Sequence record: OP870146.1
Reading direction: 5' to 3' (one strand)
Source: Escherichia phage vB_Eco_F27
Length of the DNA: 64,000 nt
Positions within the stretch are counted from its first letter, which is position 1. Each line of letters begins with the position of its first letter. The notes under the pieces are model-generated. The model was not told the DNA's origin, ran no database searches, and saw only the letters and a list, made by a program, of their open reading frames with translations. The position numbers were made by a program, and so were the translations under genes. Shown in pieces: positions 51,903 through 62,860 of the stretch.

Positions 51903-52070
51903 CTATAGTAAAAGTTGGGTTTCGTTCAATTGCTCTTCTGAACTTTCTGAAACCGGCAATTGTTGGACATAGTTATAACAAGGACCAGGATGTGCTGGGC
52001 CTTTGTCTGTTTCAACAACCAATGCAGAATCGATTGGAGTTTTACAGACAACACAAATCTTATCTGACAT
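51903..52070 (-). CDS. small Cys-containing protein, 55 aa (MSDKICVVCKTPIDSALVVETDKGPAHPGPCYNYVQQLPVSESSEEQLNETQLLL); uvsY.-2 position
   Basis: Not in ORF track; ATG 52068-52070 preceded by strong GGAGG SD; hand translation. Confidence 0.5.
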   Translation of the reverse strand: MSDKICVVCKTPIDSALVVETDKGPAHPGPCYNYVQQLPVSESSEEQLNETQLLL

Positions 52071-52102
52071 GATTGCCTCCTAAGTTGAAATTACATATCT
52101 AT

Positions 52103-52327
52103 TTATACAACTCTCATATGCATATCAATGCCCATATCTTTAGAATAAAAATATTCATCAAGATATCCGGCAAATTTTCCTTTAATATAAAGGACGTCTT
52201 CACCACACGGGTGGTCTGCCAGGATACGAATATCCTGACGACGTAGACGATACTTTTCCATTAAGAATTTAATTTCAGTTTCAAATTCTTCGTCATTATT
52301 AAAGGCATCTTCAATTGAATAACGCAT
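52103..52327 (-). CDS. UvsY.-1-like small protein, 74 aa
   Basis: Position immediately downstream of uvsY with overlapping stop/start. Confidence 0.55.
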   Translation of the reverse strand: MRYSIEDAFNNDEEFETEIKFLMEKYRLRRQDIRILADHPCGEDVLYIKGKFAGYLDEYFYSKDMGIDMHMRVV

Positions 52328-52740
52328 TATTGCCCCGCTTCAAATTCTCGCATATCCTGGATATGTTTAAGTGCAAAACTACGAGACTTAACTGCGTCAA
52401 GTGCACCACTACAGAACTCAAGTAAAATTCCCCAGTATTGTAAAGTAGTCTCTATTTTAAGCACATCTTTATCTGCAGCCAGGACAGTTTTCATTTCAGA
52501 TTTCTCGTATCGGTCCATACTGAATTCATCACCGTCACCTCGTCCCGAGTAGTAGTCTAATCTTGCTTTTAGAGCAGTTTTCTTCTGAGTCTCTATACGC
52601 AACATTTCTTTACGAATAAATGAGTGCTTACGTAGCCATTTGCTGTATAACTTAACATTATTCGCTGTCTCATATTGCAACTTTGTTGTATCAATAGCTA
52701 AGTCTGCGTCTAACTCTTCCTGTAAATCTTCCAGCTTCAT
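52327..52740 (-). CDS. uvsY: UvsY recombination mediator protein, 137 aa
   Basis: ORF track trimmed to ATG 52738-52740; MKLEDLQEEL... closely matches T4 UvsY. Confidence 0.88.
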   Translation of the reverse strand: MKLEDLQEELDADLAIDTTKLQYETANNVKLYSKWLRKHSFIRKEMLRIETQKKTALKARLDYYSGRGDGDEFSMDRYEKSEMKTVLAADKDVLKIETTLQYWGILLEFCSGALDAVKSRSFALKHIQDMREFEAGQ

Positions 52741-52820
52741 AATATTCTCTCTTTTAACTAATAATCTCCCGGCTGTATCGGAAGGACCTAAAACCATTAT
52801 ACATAGGTTGCCTTGAAGCA

Positions 52821-53219
52821 TTACACTCTATTGCTTGACGCTAACTGAAGTTTAATTTGTTCAATATCGTCAGGGTTGTCTACGACCGAAAATCTAATCT
52901 CTACTATAACCGTATAGTCATCATATACTGGCGTTACACTTACAGAAAGTTTGTCGATGCGTGGCTCATAGTTACGGACAGCTGCCTGGATATTACGCTC
53001 AATCGTATCGGCTGTAAGTGGTGTCATGTTCTCGAAAAGTTCGTCGACCAAATCACATCCAAATTCAGGGTCGAAGGGGCGTGAGCCTTTTCTAGTTGTC
53101 ACTATGCCAAGAAGACTATTTTTAATAGAACGAAGTCCTACAGAACGAGCAACGTCCTTGTTCCAATCCATACGCATTTCTGGGTCGATATCTGAATAAA
53201 GTTTATTGATATTAGACAT
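52821..53219 (-). CDS. 25: gp25 baseplate wedge subunit, 132 aa
   Basis: Same length as T4 gp25. Confidence 0.9.
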   Translation of the reverse strand: MSNINKLYSDIDPEMRMDWNKDVARSVGLRSIKNSLLGIVTTRKGSRPFDPEFGCDLVDELFENMTPLTADTIERNIQAAVRNYEPRIDKLSVSVTPVYDDYTVIVEIRFSVVDNPDDIEQIKLQLASSNRV

Positions 53220-53845
53220 TATAGTAACTCAAAGAATTCTTTGAGGCCTCGTATTGTGTGAACGTGTGACGCCCCACATTTGGGACATTTAATAGGGGTT
53301 GCCAGATAAATCGATGGCGATACCAAAAGATTTTTAATATTGATCATGTCATCTTCTGTTATAAGGCCGTAAAGGTCGTTTATTTCTGCTTCAGTTAAAT
53401 CTTCAACAGGGATGGACTCTCCATTGACAAAAACGGCCTCAATACATGAAGCAATCATTAATGCGATATTTTTATCGTCAAATAATTTAGGTTGACGGAA
53501 CTTAATTTTAATACCACTAAACGAATACCAGGGATCGGCCTGTTCATCTAATTGAGTGTGCAATAAATTCATATAGACTTGAAATGAATGCCCACAGGAA
53601 CAATTCCAGGTGTGTTCTTGATTCACTTCACCTAATGAGTGTGCCCAAAGATTTACCAACAATAACTCGGCTTCTTGTTTAGTCAAGTTTTTAGCGTTAG
53701 AACAATTAGTGATAATATTGTTCACTGCGGATTCAATAGTACCGGTAGCCCGCGCACCTATGAGTCCTAAATATTCTTTTAAAGTAAAGGCTCTACAATT
53801 CACTTCTTTATCGCCTAAACGTACTGTAAACGTATATTTGTACAT
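53219..53845 (-). CDS. 26: gp26 baseplate hub subunit, 208 aa
   Basis: Same length as T4 gp26; AAGGAG SD. Confidence 0.85.
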   Translation of the reverse strand: MYKYTFTVRLGDKEVNCRAFTLKEYLGLIGARATGTIESAVNNIITNCSNAKNLTKQEAELLLVNLWAHSLGEVNQEHTWNCSCGHSFQVYMNLLHTQLDEQADPWYSFSGIKIKFRQPKLFDDKNIALMIASCIEAVFVNGESIPVEDLTEAEINDLYGLITEDDMINIKNLLVSPSIYLATPIKCPKCGASHVHTIRGLKEFFELL

Positions 53846-53863
53846 GTTAACTCCTTTATTGTG

Positions 53864-53875
53864 TATTTATAAATA
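53864..53875. promoter_or_regulatory. overlapping divergent late promoters TATTTATAAATA for gene 26 (minus) and gene 51 (plus)
   Basis: Both orientations of TATAAATA share the central TATA. Confidence 0.5.
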
Positions 53876-53892
53876 ATAGAAAAGGAGTAATT

Positions 53893-54645
53893 ATGGCTAA
53901 TATAATTCGTTGTAAATTACCGGATGGTGTTCATCGTTTTAAGCCGTTCACTGTGGCGGATTATAGAGACTTTTTACTAGTTAGAAATGATATCGAACAT
54001 CGTTCGCCGCAAGAACAAAAAGAAATAATTGCCGATCTGATTGATGATTATTTTGGCGAGTACCCTAAAACATGGCAACCATTTATATTCCTGCAAGTTT
54101 TTGCAGGCTCTATAGGCAAAACAAAAGTTCCCGTTATTTTCACTTGCCCTAAATGCTCTAAAGAAAAAACTGCACCATTTGAGATATATCAAAAAGAACT
54201 AGTCGAACCTGAACTTGATGTTGCTGGTATAAAAATACGTTTTTCTTTCCCTGAAAAATTTTATGACAACAAGGCATTAATGATAAGTGAAAACATAAAA
54301 GAAATATATTATAATAACGAATGGTACCCATGGAATGATTTGACTGAAGAGAACCAAATCCAAGTAATAGAAGCAATAGACATTGACTCGCTCGAGAAGG
54401 TTATTGCTTCTATGAACCCTATTAATTTGACCCTTAGATTAGGTTGTTGTGAACGTCATGTTAAAACATATACTGATATCTTAGAGGTTTTTAAATTGTT
54501 AGTTAACCCTGATGAGATTTTTACATTCTATCAGATAAACCATTCACTAGTAAAGAGTCAATACACATTGGATTCTATTATGCAAATGATTCCTGTTGAA
54601 CGTGGTATTGCTTTAACATTAGTAGAAAAGGACCATAAAAAATGA
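53893..54645 (+). CDS. 51: gp51 baseplate hub assembly catalyst, 250 aa
   Basis: Length and order. Confidence 0.85.
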   Translation: MANIIRCKLPDGVHRFKPFTVADYRDFLLVRNDIEHRSPQEQKEIIADLIDDYFGEYPKTWQPFIFLQVFAGSIGKTKVPVIFTCPKCSKEKTAPFEIYQKELVEPELDVAGIKIRFSFPEKFYDNKALMISENIKEIYYNNEWYPWNDLTEENQIQVIEAIDIDSLEKVIASMNPINLTLRLGCCERHVKTYTDILEVFKLLVNPDEIFTFYQINHSLVKSQYTLDSIMQMIPVERGIALTLVEKDHKK

Positions 54646-55814
54646 CAGTATTCCAACGTCCAGGATATCCTAACTTAAGCGTTAAATTATACCAAGATTA
54701 TTCGGCTTGGCACGAAAATAGATACGTTGAACTCGCAGCAACAATAACAACTTTAACCATGCGAGATTCACTATATGGAAGAAATGAAGGGATTCTTCAA
54801 TTTTATGACACTAAAAACATCCACACTAAAATGGATGGTAGACAGATAGTCCAAATCTCTGTTTCAAATTCAAACACACCTCTCCAAGTTAGAACTCGAA
54901 TTTACGGATGTAGACATTATTCTGTGTCTGTGGACTCAAAAGGTGACAATATTATTGCAATTGAGCTTGGAACAATACATTCTATAGAGAACCTTAAATT
55001 TGGGCGACCATTCTTCCCAGACGCAGGAGAATCTATACGTGAAATGTTAGGTGTCATATATAAAGACCGTACGTTAATTACTCCGCCAATAAACACTATT
55101 AATGCTTATGTTCCTGATATTCCTTGGACAAGCACATTTGATGATTATTTGGCATATGTCAGAGAATTAGGACTTGCTACAGCGAGTGATAAGTTCGTAT
55201 TCGTATGGCAAGATATTTTAGGCGTAAACATGATTGACTACGATACTCTTATTGGTCAGGAAGGCATTAAGATGGTTGTAGGCGAGCCAAATACCGTAGG
55301 TCAGTATATTCAAGAGCTTGAGTATCCATTAGTATGGGATTTCACCTGGATGACTAAAGCTAACCAATTTACAAGAGACCCTATTAAAAACGCCACGATA
55401 TTCGCCCATTCATTTTTAGATACATCTATTCCGGTTATTGTTACAGGCGATGGTGATAATGCTATTGTTGTGTCAAGATCCGGTGGATATTCCGAAATGA
55501 CCTATCGTAATGGATTTGAAGAAGCAAGTCGTCTTCAGACAATGGCTCAATATGACGGATATGCTAAATGCACTACTACCGGTAATTTTAACATAACGCC
55601 TGCTACTAAAATTATATTTGTTGACCAAAAGAACCAATTCAAATCCGAATTTTACGTCGATGAAGTTATTCATGAGTTATCAAATAACAACTCACAAACT
55701 CATCTGTACATGTTTACCAACTCAATGGTGTTAGAACCTGTTAACCCAGTTAAGGTTAAAAATGAACTTAAATCTGATTCTACCTCTAAAGAAAATAATT
55801 CTACCACAGTCTAA
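54642..55814 (+). CDS. 27: gp27 baseplate hub subunit, 390 aa
   Basis: Length and order. Confidence 0.88.
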   Translation: MTVFQRPGYPNLSVKLYQDYSAWHENRYVELAATITTLTMRDSLYGRNEGILQFYDTKNIHTKMDGRQIVQISVSNSNTPLQVRTRIYGCRHYSVSVDSKGDNIIAIELGTIHSIENLKFGRPFFPDAGESIREMLGVIYKDRTLITPPINTINAYVPDIPWTSTFDDYLAYVRELGLATASDKFVFVWQDILGVNMIDYDTLIGQEGIKMVVGEPNTVGQYIQELEYPLVWDFTWMTKANQFTRDPIKNATIFAHSFLDTSIPVIVTGDGDNAIVVSRSGGYSEMTYRNGFEEASRLQTMAQYDGYAKCTTTGNFNITPATKIIFVDQKNQFKSEFYVDEVIHELSNNNSQTHLYMFTNSMVLEPVNPVKVKNELKSDSTSKENNSTTV

Positions 55815-56295
55815 TAAAAAGGTAATGATTCCCAAATTAGGGCTCAAACATTATAATCTTTTAAAGGACGTTAAAGGCCCTGATGAAAACATGAAAATCT
55901 TAGCTGATTCTATTTGTAAAAATATGAGTCCCGCAGATTTTGATTTTGCATGTCTACACATATTGGAATTTAATAACAAACTTAAGTCTGAAGTTGAAAA
56001 AGACGGATTCACTTATAAACTAGACGACGTCTATGTATGCCAACGAACAGAATTCCAATTCCAAGGCAATACTTTTTATTTTAGACCCCCAGGCAAATTT
56101 GAACAATTCGCTACAATCAGTGAAATGCTATCAAATTGCTTAATAAAAGTTAATGACGAAGAGAAAGAAATTTCTTTCCTTGAGATGCCTGCTTTTGTAA
56201 TCAAATGGGCAGAAGACCTTTCGACAACTATTGCTATTACAGGCCCTAATGGTCCTATTAAGGGTATAGCAGAAATTATTGGATTGCTTGAATGA
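55762..56295 (+). CDS. 28: gp28 baseplate hub distal subunit, 177 aa (overlaps 3' end of gene 27)
   Basis: Same length as T4 gp28; [12 protein letters not shown]-terminus. Confidence 0.8.
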   Translation: MNLNLILPLKKIILPQSNKKVMIPKLGLKHYNLLKDVKGPDENMKILADSICKNMSPADFDFACLHILEFNNKLKSEVEKDGFTYKLDDVYVCQRTEFQFQGNTFYFRPPGKFEQFATISEMLSNCLIKVNDEEKEISFLEMPAFVIKWAEDLSTTIAITGPNGPIKGIAEIIGLLE

Positions 56296-58064
56296 AACCT
56301 GAAGAAATGAAATCCATGCGTAGAAATAAGGTCATTGCCGATAATAAACCACAAAAAGTAGCTGCTGTTGCAGCTACCGATTCATTAGAAGCATTGAATA
56401 ACATTTCATCAAAACTAGACGATGTCCAAGCCGCGTCTGAACTCACATCACAAAGTGTAGAAGATAAAGGCAATGGAATCATTGAATCAATTGGAGACTT
56501 AAAGAATTCGACAGATAATACTGCTGAAGGCACAGAGCTTATCGCAGAAGTTATTGAAAAACAAACTGAAGTCACTAAAAGTATAAACGAAGTTTCTAGT
56601 GCAATAAGCTCTAAGTTAGACCGATTAGCTACATTATTAGAGCAAAAATTACAAACATCTACCGCTATTCAAAATACAGGAGGCACCTCTCTTGAAGTAA
56701 TTGAGAACGCAATACCTGTTAAAGTGGTTGAGAATGAAACTTCTGATGAGTTGTTTAAAGCATTCCCTACACCTGAAAAGATTGATAATAAGCCAGACGA
56801 AGATTTCTTCCCAGCGCCGGTTCAAGAAAGTGCTAATTCTACTTCCGATTCTAAAGGCGGAATTAGCTTTAAATTGAGCGATAAAATTGCAATGCTCACC
56901 AAAACAGTTCAAACCGGGTTTAATAAATCAATATCAATTTCAGACAGAATTGCTGGAATGCTTTTCAAATACACTATAACGGCTGCTATTGAAGCAGCAA
57001 AAATGGCCGCACTTATTCTTGGTATTGTTATCGGTATTGATTTATTGATAGTCCATTTCAAATATTGGACAGACAAGTTCACTTCTGCCTGGGATTTATT
57101 TGATGAAAACTTTACTAAATTCTCCGATGAAGCTAAAGAGTGGGGTAAATTCTTAAGTGATATATTCACTTCTATTGACTCGATAAAACAAATGTGGGAA
57201 GCTGGAGACTGGGGTGGTTTAACCGTTGCTATTGTCAAAGGTGTAGGAACAGCATTAATGAACTTAGGTGAACTAATTCAATTAGGAATGGCTAAACTCT
57301 CTGCGTCTATATTGCGTGCTATAGGTTTTGGCGATACCGCAGACGAAATAGAAGGACGTGCTTTAGAAGGATTCCAAGAAACTACTGGGAACAAATTAAA
57401 GAAAGAAGACCAAGAGAAAGTCGCTAAATATCAAATGAAGCGTGACGATGGGGAATTAGGAACCGTTTCTAAAGGTCTTGATATGTTACAACGTGGCAAA
57501 ACATTCGTTACTAACTGGGTTCGTGGTAATGACAATAAAGAAGAGTTTAGTACAAGCGATGAGCGTGCTGCGGAATCGGCAAAATTAAAAGAGTTACCTG
57601 AAGAGGAGCGTAAAGAGGCGTATATAAAAGCTAATGAAACTCGTGCGGCACTGGTTAGATTTGAGGATTATATCGATAAAATCGATATGACTAATCCGGA
57701 AAATGCTAAAAACGTCGAGAAGTCTTATGCTGATTTAAGTAAACTTATTAAAGACCCTGAACTTAATAAAACTCCTGTTGTTAAAAAGGAATTAGATGCT
57801 AGATTTGAAAAGCTAAATAATAAAATGGCTGAAGCCAAAAAGGCTCAGACAACAGTTAAGCCTGAATCTTCGTCTAAATCTCCGGAAGCAAAACAAGTTC
57901 AGTCAATAGAGAAAGGACGTGCTTCTGAATCTAAACAACAGCAACCGGTAGCGGCGATTAGTAACACAAATAATGTCGTCAAAAAGAATACCGTAGTCCA
58001 GAATATGACCCCTGTAACAAGTACAACGGCTCCTGGAATTTTCCATGCCACCGGTGTTAATTAA
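56292..58064 (+). CDS. 29: gp29 baseplate hub subunit / tail length determinator, 590 aa
   Basis: Same length as T4 gp29. Confidence 0.88.
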   Translation: MKPEEMKSMRRNKVIADNKPQKVAAVAATDSLEALNNISSKLDDVQAASELTSQSVEDKGNGIIESIGDLKNSTDNTAEGTELIAEVIEKQTEVTKSINEVSSAISSKLDRLATLLEQKLQTSTAIQNTGGTSLEVIENAIPVKVVENETSDELFKAFPTPEKIDNKPDEDFFPAPVQESANSTSDSKGGISFKLSDKIAMLTKTVQTGFNKSISISDRIAGMLFKYTITAAIEAAKMAALILGIVIGIDLLIVHFKYWTDKFTSAWDLFDENFTKFSDEAKEWGKFLSDIFTSIDSIKQMWEAGDWGGLTVAIVKGVGTALMNLGELIQLGMAKLSASILRAIGFGDTADEIEGRALEGFQETTGNKLKKEDQEKVAKYQMKRDDGELGTVSKGLDMLQRGKTFVTNWVRGNDNKEEFSTSDERAAESAKLKELPEEERKEAYIKANETRAALVRFEDYIDKIDMTNPENAKNVEKSYADLSKLIKDPELNKTPVVKKELDARFEKLNNKMAEAKKAQTTVKPESSSKSPEAKQVQSIEKGRASESKQQQPVAAISNTNNVVKKNTVVQNMTPVTSTTAPGIFHATGVN

Positions 58065-58072
58065 GGATTATT

Positions 58073-59182
58073 ATGATTAGTGTAAAAGAAATAGTAGTAG
58101 ATGCAAAGGATTTAAATAAAGCAATCCCAGTCTCAGAAAGTGCCGGGCAAAGCACTAAAACCGAAACAACTACTAAAACTTATGTTGCTCAATTTCCTAC
58201 AGGAAGAGCAGCCGGAAATGACTCCACAGGAGACTTCCAGGTAACAGACCTTTATAAGAATGGATTATTATTTACCGCGTACAATATGTCTGCACGCGAT
58301 TCAGGATCCCTCAGGAATTTACGTCCGGCGTATGCCGGTACTTCATCTAATGGTATCATATCAGATTTAACTGATAATGTGAAAGATGCAGTGACTAAAT
58401 TCTCAAACGGATTGCTTCCTGCCGGAGCTAATAAGTCTACTATAAATAAAACTCCTGTTGCCAATATCCTTTTGCCACGTTCCAAATCTGACGTTGATAC
58501 AACTTCACATCGTTTTAATGATGTCGGTGATAGCCTTATTACTAAAGGTGGAGGTACTGCTACAGGTGTTTTAAGTAACATTGCTTCTACTGCAGTTTTT
58601 GGTGCATTAGATTCTATTACTCAAGGGCTTATGGCCGATAATAACGAACAGATTTATACGACTTCTCGTAGTATGTATGGCGGTGCTGAGAACCGTACTA
58701 AAGTCTTTACATGGGATTTAACTCCGCGTTCAACTGAAGACCTTATGGCTATTATAAACATTTACCAGTATTTTAACTATTTCTCTTATGGTGAAACTGG
58801 TAAATCACAGTATGCCCAAGAGATTAAAAGTTATTTAGACGAATGGTACCGTTCAACGTTTATTGAGCCTATGACACCAGACGATGCAGTAAAAAATAAG
58901 ACATTGTTTGAAAAGATTACTGCGTCATTAACAAACGTATTAGTTGTAAGCAACCCTACAATTTGGATGGTTAAAAACTTTGGTTATACATCTAAATTTG
59001 ATGGATTAACTGACGTATTTGGCCCGTGTCAAATTCAAAGCGTACGTTTTGATAAAACTCCAAATGGACAATTTAATGGTCTCGCTGTTGCTCCTAACTT
59101 ACCATCAACATTTACGTTAGAGATAACAATGCGAGAAATTATTACATTAAACCGTTCTTCACTTTATGCGGGGACTTTCTAA
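58073..59182 (+). CDS. 48: gp48 baseplate tail tube cap, 369 aa
   Basis: Length and order. Confidence 0.88.
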   Translation: MISVKEIVVDAKDLNKAIPVSESAGQSTKTETTTKTYVAQFPTGRAAGNDSTGDFQVTDLYKNGLLFTAYNMSARDSGSLRNLRPAYAGTSSNGIISDLTDNVKDAVTKFSNGLLPAGANKSTINKTPVANILLPRSKSDVDTTSHRFNDVGDSLITKGGGTATGVLSNIASTAVFGALDSITQGLMADNNEQIYTTSRSMYGGAENRTKVFTWDLTPRSTEDLMAIINIYQYFNYFSYGETGKSQYAQEIKSYLDEWYRSTFIEPMTPDDAVKNKTLFEKITASLTNVLVVSNPTIWMVKNFGYTSKFDGLTDVFGPCQIQSVRFDKTPNGQFNGLAVAPNLPSTFTLEITMREIITLNRSSLYAGTF

Positions 59183-60144
59183 TGTACTCTTTAGAAGAAT
59201 TTAATAACCAAGCTATAAATGCAGATTTCCAACGAAACAATATGTTTAGTTGTGTATTTGCTACTACCCCATCGACCAAATCATCTTCACTAATTTCGTC
59301 AATTGGTAGTTTTGCTTATAATAACTTAGGGTTGGATTCTGATTGGCTAGGATTGTCTCAAGGTGATATCAATCAGGGCGTAACAACCCTGATTACAGCA
59401 GGAACACAGAAATTAATTCGAAAATCGGGTATAAGTAAATATCTGATTGGAGCAATGAGCCAACGTACGGTACAAAGCTTGTTAGGTGAGTTCACAGTAG
59501 GAGCTTATCTGATAGACTTCTTCAATATGGCATATAATAATACAGGTTTAATGATTTATTCTGTAAAAATGCCTGAGAACCGATTATCTTATGAAACGGA
59601 TTTCAACTATAACTCACCGAACATCCGAATTACCGGTCGTGAAATGGACCCGTTAGTAATAAGCTTTAGAATGGATTCTGAAGCATCTAACTTTAGAGCA
59701 ATGCAAGACTGGGTAAACTCAGTCCAAGACCCTGTAACAGGTCTTCGTGCTTTACCACAAGACGTCGAAGCAGATATTCAGGTTAATTTACATGCACGAA
59801 ATGGTTTACCACATACCGCTGTCATGTTCACTGGATGTATTCCTGTTAGTGTCTCTTCTCCTGAGTTAACGTATGATGGTGATAATCAGATAACAGTTTT
59901 TGATGTAACATTTGCTTATCGCGTTATGCAATCAGGTGCTGTAAATAGACAGGCTGCTTTAGAATGGCTGGAATCAGGACTTATTAGTAGTGTTTCAGGA
60001 ATGTTTGGAAATAATCAGAATGATTCTGGACTAGGAAGTGCAGTATCAAGACTTTCTAGATTAGGTGGGACTGCTGGTGGTGTGTCTAATATAAACACAT
60101 TGACAGGTGTGGTGAATTCTGCGTCAAGAGTTTTAGGACTATAA
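59182..60144 (+). CDS. 54: gp54 baseplate tail tube initiator, 320 aa
   Basis: Same length as T4 gp54. Confidence 0.88.
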   Translation: MYSLEEFNNQAINADFQRNNMFSCVFATTPSTKSSSLISSIGSFAYNNLGLDSDWLGLSQGDINQGVTTLITAGTQKLIRKSGISKYLIGAMSQRTVQSLLGEFTVGAYLIDFFNMAYNNTGLMIYSVKMPENRLSYETDFNYNSPNIRITGREMDPLVISFRMDSEASNFRAMQDWVNSVQDPVTGLRALPQDVEADIQVNLHARNGLPHTAVMFTGCIPVSVSSPELTYDGDNQITVFDVTFAYRVMQSGAVNRQAALEWLESGLISSVSGMFGNNQNDSGLGSAVSRLSRLGGTAGGVSNINTLTGVVNSASRVLGL

Positions 60145-60150
60145 GAAAAA

Positions 60151-60170
60151 GGGAGACAACGTCTCCCTTT
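60151..60170 (+). terminator. rho-independent terminator GGGAGAC-aac-GUCUCCC then UUU
   Basis: After the gene 54 stop; A-run on the other side makes it bidirectional. Confidence 0.65.
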
Positions 60171-60176
60171 AGGGGT

Positions 60177-60470
60177 TTATTTACGGAATGAAAGGAATGC
60201 TGGTGCTCGGAATGGAGTATCATCTTTAGAGTATTTAACTAATACGACCATTGGTACCTCTGTTTCTAAATGACCTGTCACCACACCGATAAAAATTTGA
60301 TCAGTGTGCTCAGGGTCACGAAAGTTTTTAAGAGGTTCCATAGCAATATGGAATGCACCTGGGAATACTCGATTCAATTCGTCAATCACAGCTTCGTTAA
60401 AAGCATCATCCGCCGGGATAGCATCTTCAACTACTAGTTCTTGACCGTTAAAGCGAAGCATAGATTTCAT
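60177..60470 (-). CDS. hypothetical protein, 97 aa (alt-adjacent)
   Basis: ORF track trimmed to ATG 60468-60470 with GAGGAAA SD; early promoter upstream. Confidence 0.5.
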   Translation of the reverse strand: MKSMLRFNGQELVVEDAIPADDAFNEAVIDELNRVFPGAFHIAMEPLKNFRDPEHTDQIFIGVVTGHLETEVPMVVLVKYSKDDTPFRAPAFLSFRK

Positions 60471-60499
60471 AACGTTTTCCTCATGTTGTTGATGGGATG

Positions 60500-60528
60500 A
60501 TAGTATCACACATCCATGTGTTTGTAAA
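60500..60528 (-). promoter_or_regulatory. early promoter (-35 TTTACA / -10 TACTAT)
   Basis: AGTTTACAaacacatggatgtgtgaTACTAT on the minus strand. Confidence 0.5.
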
Positions 60529-62616
60529 CTATCCTTGGACAAATTTAAACGGAACTGATTCTAAATCCATTAAAGATGCTAACAATTTCAAACCTTTAGG
60601 TGCACTAGTTTTTTCTACAAATGAGGAGAACGATACCGGCTCAACTGATTCGATTTCACCCGTCATAGCAACCACCTCGCCTGTTTCCATGAGAACATCA
60701 CCATCGTAAATGACAGCTTCATCTAACTGGTCTGAGGACATGACTTCAGCTTGAATAAATTTAAGGTTGGATTCTAAACCTGCACCAGTGTCAGATGACG
60801 CATCTGTAATTTTATTTATCTGCAAGAGAATGCCTCTAGGCAAAATAATTTCTTGCTCATTAGGGTGATTACTCAACTGTCCCGGATAAATCACGTTAAC
60901 TTTATGGGCGCCATCAATAGCCCATCCAACGTTAACACGGATTTGTTCTGGTGCATGCATAGCTGTTCTTACTTGACTAGGAGAAATAGTAACACCTTCG
61001 TCATTATTGTCAATGTTAAGCTCTTTGCGAACTTCTTCAGGAGCAAGTCCAAGGGCAACGTTCTCTTTAAACCCACCGAAAATAATAGGAGCTAGTGAAG
61101 TGGAAACATAGTTTCTGAAATAGAATACCTTATTTTTAACCATTGCTTCGTAAATAGGCATTCTGATAGACTGAGCTCTATATAACGTTAGTCCTTCAGG
61201 TAAACGGTCTCCATTTAAAAACGCCGAATCAAGACCATCAATAGCGCGTTTAACTTCATCTTCATCTGCAACATCGTAAAAATCTGGTTTATAACGACCT
61301 AACAACATATTATTGATATCGGTATACGCAGAAGAGGCATATTCACGAATAGCTCGTTTTTCAGCAACAGAGTATTGTTTAGGGTCCCGATTCATTGTTA
61401 TATTAAAGGTGCCTCTAGCCGATTCTCGTGCATAAGTATACATCACATTAGACAAGAACGCTGATTTACGTTGTTTCCAAGTTTTTTCAGATACTTCAGC
61501 TAAAACATCGTCGGCCAGTTGGAAATTATCACGTCTAAAATCTTCAAACCATTCGTCTTTAATAGAGTCTGCAATTTCATTTGCAGCTTCAACAAAAGCA
61601 GCTAATGCTTTAACAGATGTTGTTTTTTCAGTTTTAATTTTCTTAGCAAACTTTTCTAAAGTTGGCTTAATAACACTACCATAAGAAACTTCATCAGCAA
61701 ATCTAAAGGATTCATCAATACGATTATAAATCTTATTTTCGATATCAGCAACTAAAGTGCCTTTTGCTGTGGATGATGCTTGGGCCAGTACGATTTCATA
61801 TGCTTCAGGAAGTAATTCGGCTGTAGCTGGGCCGCTAACTTCTTTAGCAGAATTTTCGTATTTCTGGAATAACTCACCTTCTTGGCGGTCAGCTTCTAAA
61901 GATTGACTTGCTGCAATAGCACGACGAGAAATTTTAGTACGAGCAATAACAGGCTTATCTTTACGTTTTTCTTCTACAGCAGCAATAGAACCAGCGATAG
62001 CCGTTTCTTTGGTGACCTTTTCGCCGGTCTTTTTACTCACATAAACTTCGCCAACATCAGAATCTACTTTCGCGTACAACTCTGTGTTAATGTTAGGGAT
62101 GCCTTTAATATCTTCAATGTTGGCATTTTTACGAACCATCATCACATAGGTGTGTTTACCTGTGAATTGATACATTGCCGACAATACTTTAAAACGACCA
62201 CTGGTTTTAGTAGAAACTAAACGAGCAAGAAGAGTTTGAAGCTGCTGTCCGCGTCCTTTCAATTTCTTGGTAGGGAATCGGAACAGAACCGCATCCATAC
62301 GAAGAGCTTTAACCTGTTCATACACTGTATTGAAAATGGTGTTGATTGCATCAATAGGAGCAGGACCAAGGCCATTTTTCAATTCAGCTAGATTACCCTT
62401 TTCAGACAGACTCATAATAACAACATGAGCGTATTTGTCGCCAAGTTTAACTTGTTTTACAGCGTCGCCTTCGGAAAGGTAAGAGAATAAACGAACTACA
62501 ATATTTGTATCGATATCACCAATTTTCCAGACTTGTGGAACTTTAGCTTTAGGGTTCAAATTGACGACAGGAAGACTGCCTTCAGATTCAAACACTTCAT
62601 TTAATTGTTCAGACAT
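60529..62616 (-). CDS. alt: Alt ADP-ribosyltransferase (head-packaged, injected), 695 aa
   Basis: Size and position between 54 and 30 as in T4; AAGGAAA SD; family call from synteny. Confidence 0.75.
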   Translation of the reverse strand: MSEQLNEVFESEGSLPVVNLNPKAKVPQVWKIGDIDTNIVVRLFSYLSEGDAVKQVKLGDKYAHVVIMSLSEKGNLAELKNGLGPAPIDAINTIFNTVYEQVKALRMDAVLFRFPTKKLKGRGQQLQTLLARLVSTKTSGRFKVLSAMYQFTGKHTYVMMVRKNANIEDIKGIPNINTELYAKVDSDVGEVYVSKKTGEKVTKETAIAGSIAAVEEKRKDKPVIARTKISRRAIAASQSLEADRQEGELFQKYENSAKEVSGPATAELLPEAYEIVLAQASSTAKGTLVADIENKIYNRIDESFRFADEVSYGSVIKPTLEKFAKKIKTEKTTSVKALAAFVEAANEIADSIKDEWFEDFRRDNFQLADDVLAEVSEKTWKQRKSAFLSNVMYTYARESARGTFNITMNRDPKQYSVAEKRAIREYASSAYTDINNMLLGRYKPDFYDVADEDEVKRAIDGLDSAFLNGDRLPEGLTLYRAQSIRMPIYEAMVKNKVFYFRNYVSTSLAPIIFGGFKENVALGLAPEEVRKELNIDNNDEGVTISPSQVRTAMHAPEQIRVNVGWAIDGAHKVNVIYPGQLSNHPNEQEIILPRGILLQINKITDASSDTGAGLESNLKFIQAEVMSSDQLDEAVIYDGDVLMETGEVVAMTGEIESVEPVSFSSFVEKTSAPKGLKLLASLMDLESVPFKFVQG

Positions 62617-62650
62617 AGTGTTTTCCTTTTAGTAATAATTTATATTTATG

Positions 62651-62672
62651 CCAAAAAGAGCCCGAAGGCTCT
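62651..62672 (-). terminator. terminator hairpin AGAGCC-uucg-GGCUCU then UUUUUGG (minus-strand sense)
   Basis: Plus-strand agagcccgaaggctct preceded by an A-run. Confidence 0.6.
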
Positions 62673-62860
62673 TAATCCACAATCGGAAGCAAAGTACGAT
62701 AAACTTCAAAATTAGAGCCTTTTTCGTACTTATCGAAATTGTCCATAAAAATATGATAGGAATCGTTATTAGGAAAATCTAATATAATCTGAGAGCAAGA
62801 GGTGGAAACATCTCCACCATCCTTCTTAGCTACAATAACTGTTTCTAAATAAGCTTTCAT
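62672..62860 (-). CDS. hypothetical small protein, 62 aa
   Basis: ORF track trimmed to ATG 62858-62860 (TAATG coupling with gene 30 stop). Confidence 0.45.
   Translation of the reverse strand: MKAYLETVIVAKKDGGDVSTSCSQIILDFPNNDSYHIFMDNFDKYEKGSNFEVYRTLLPIVD

Noticed and set aside
51866-52072. 68-aa plus-strand ORF after uvsW.1
   Set aside because: Spans a bidirectional terminator and has no SD; the opposite strand carries a 55-codon ORF with a strong GGAGG RBS.
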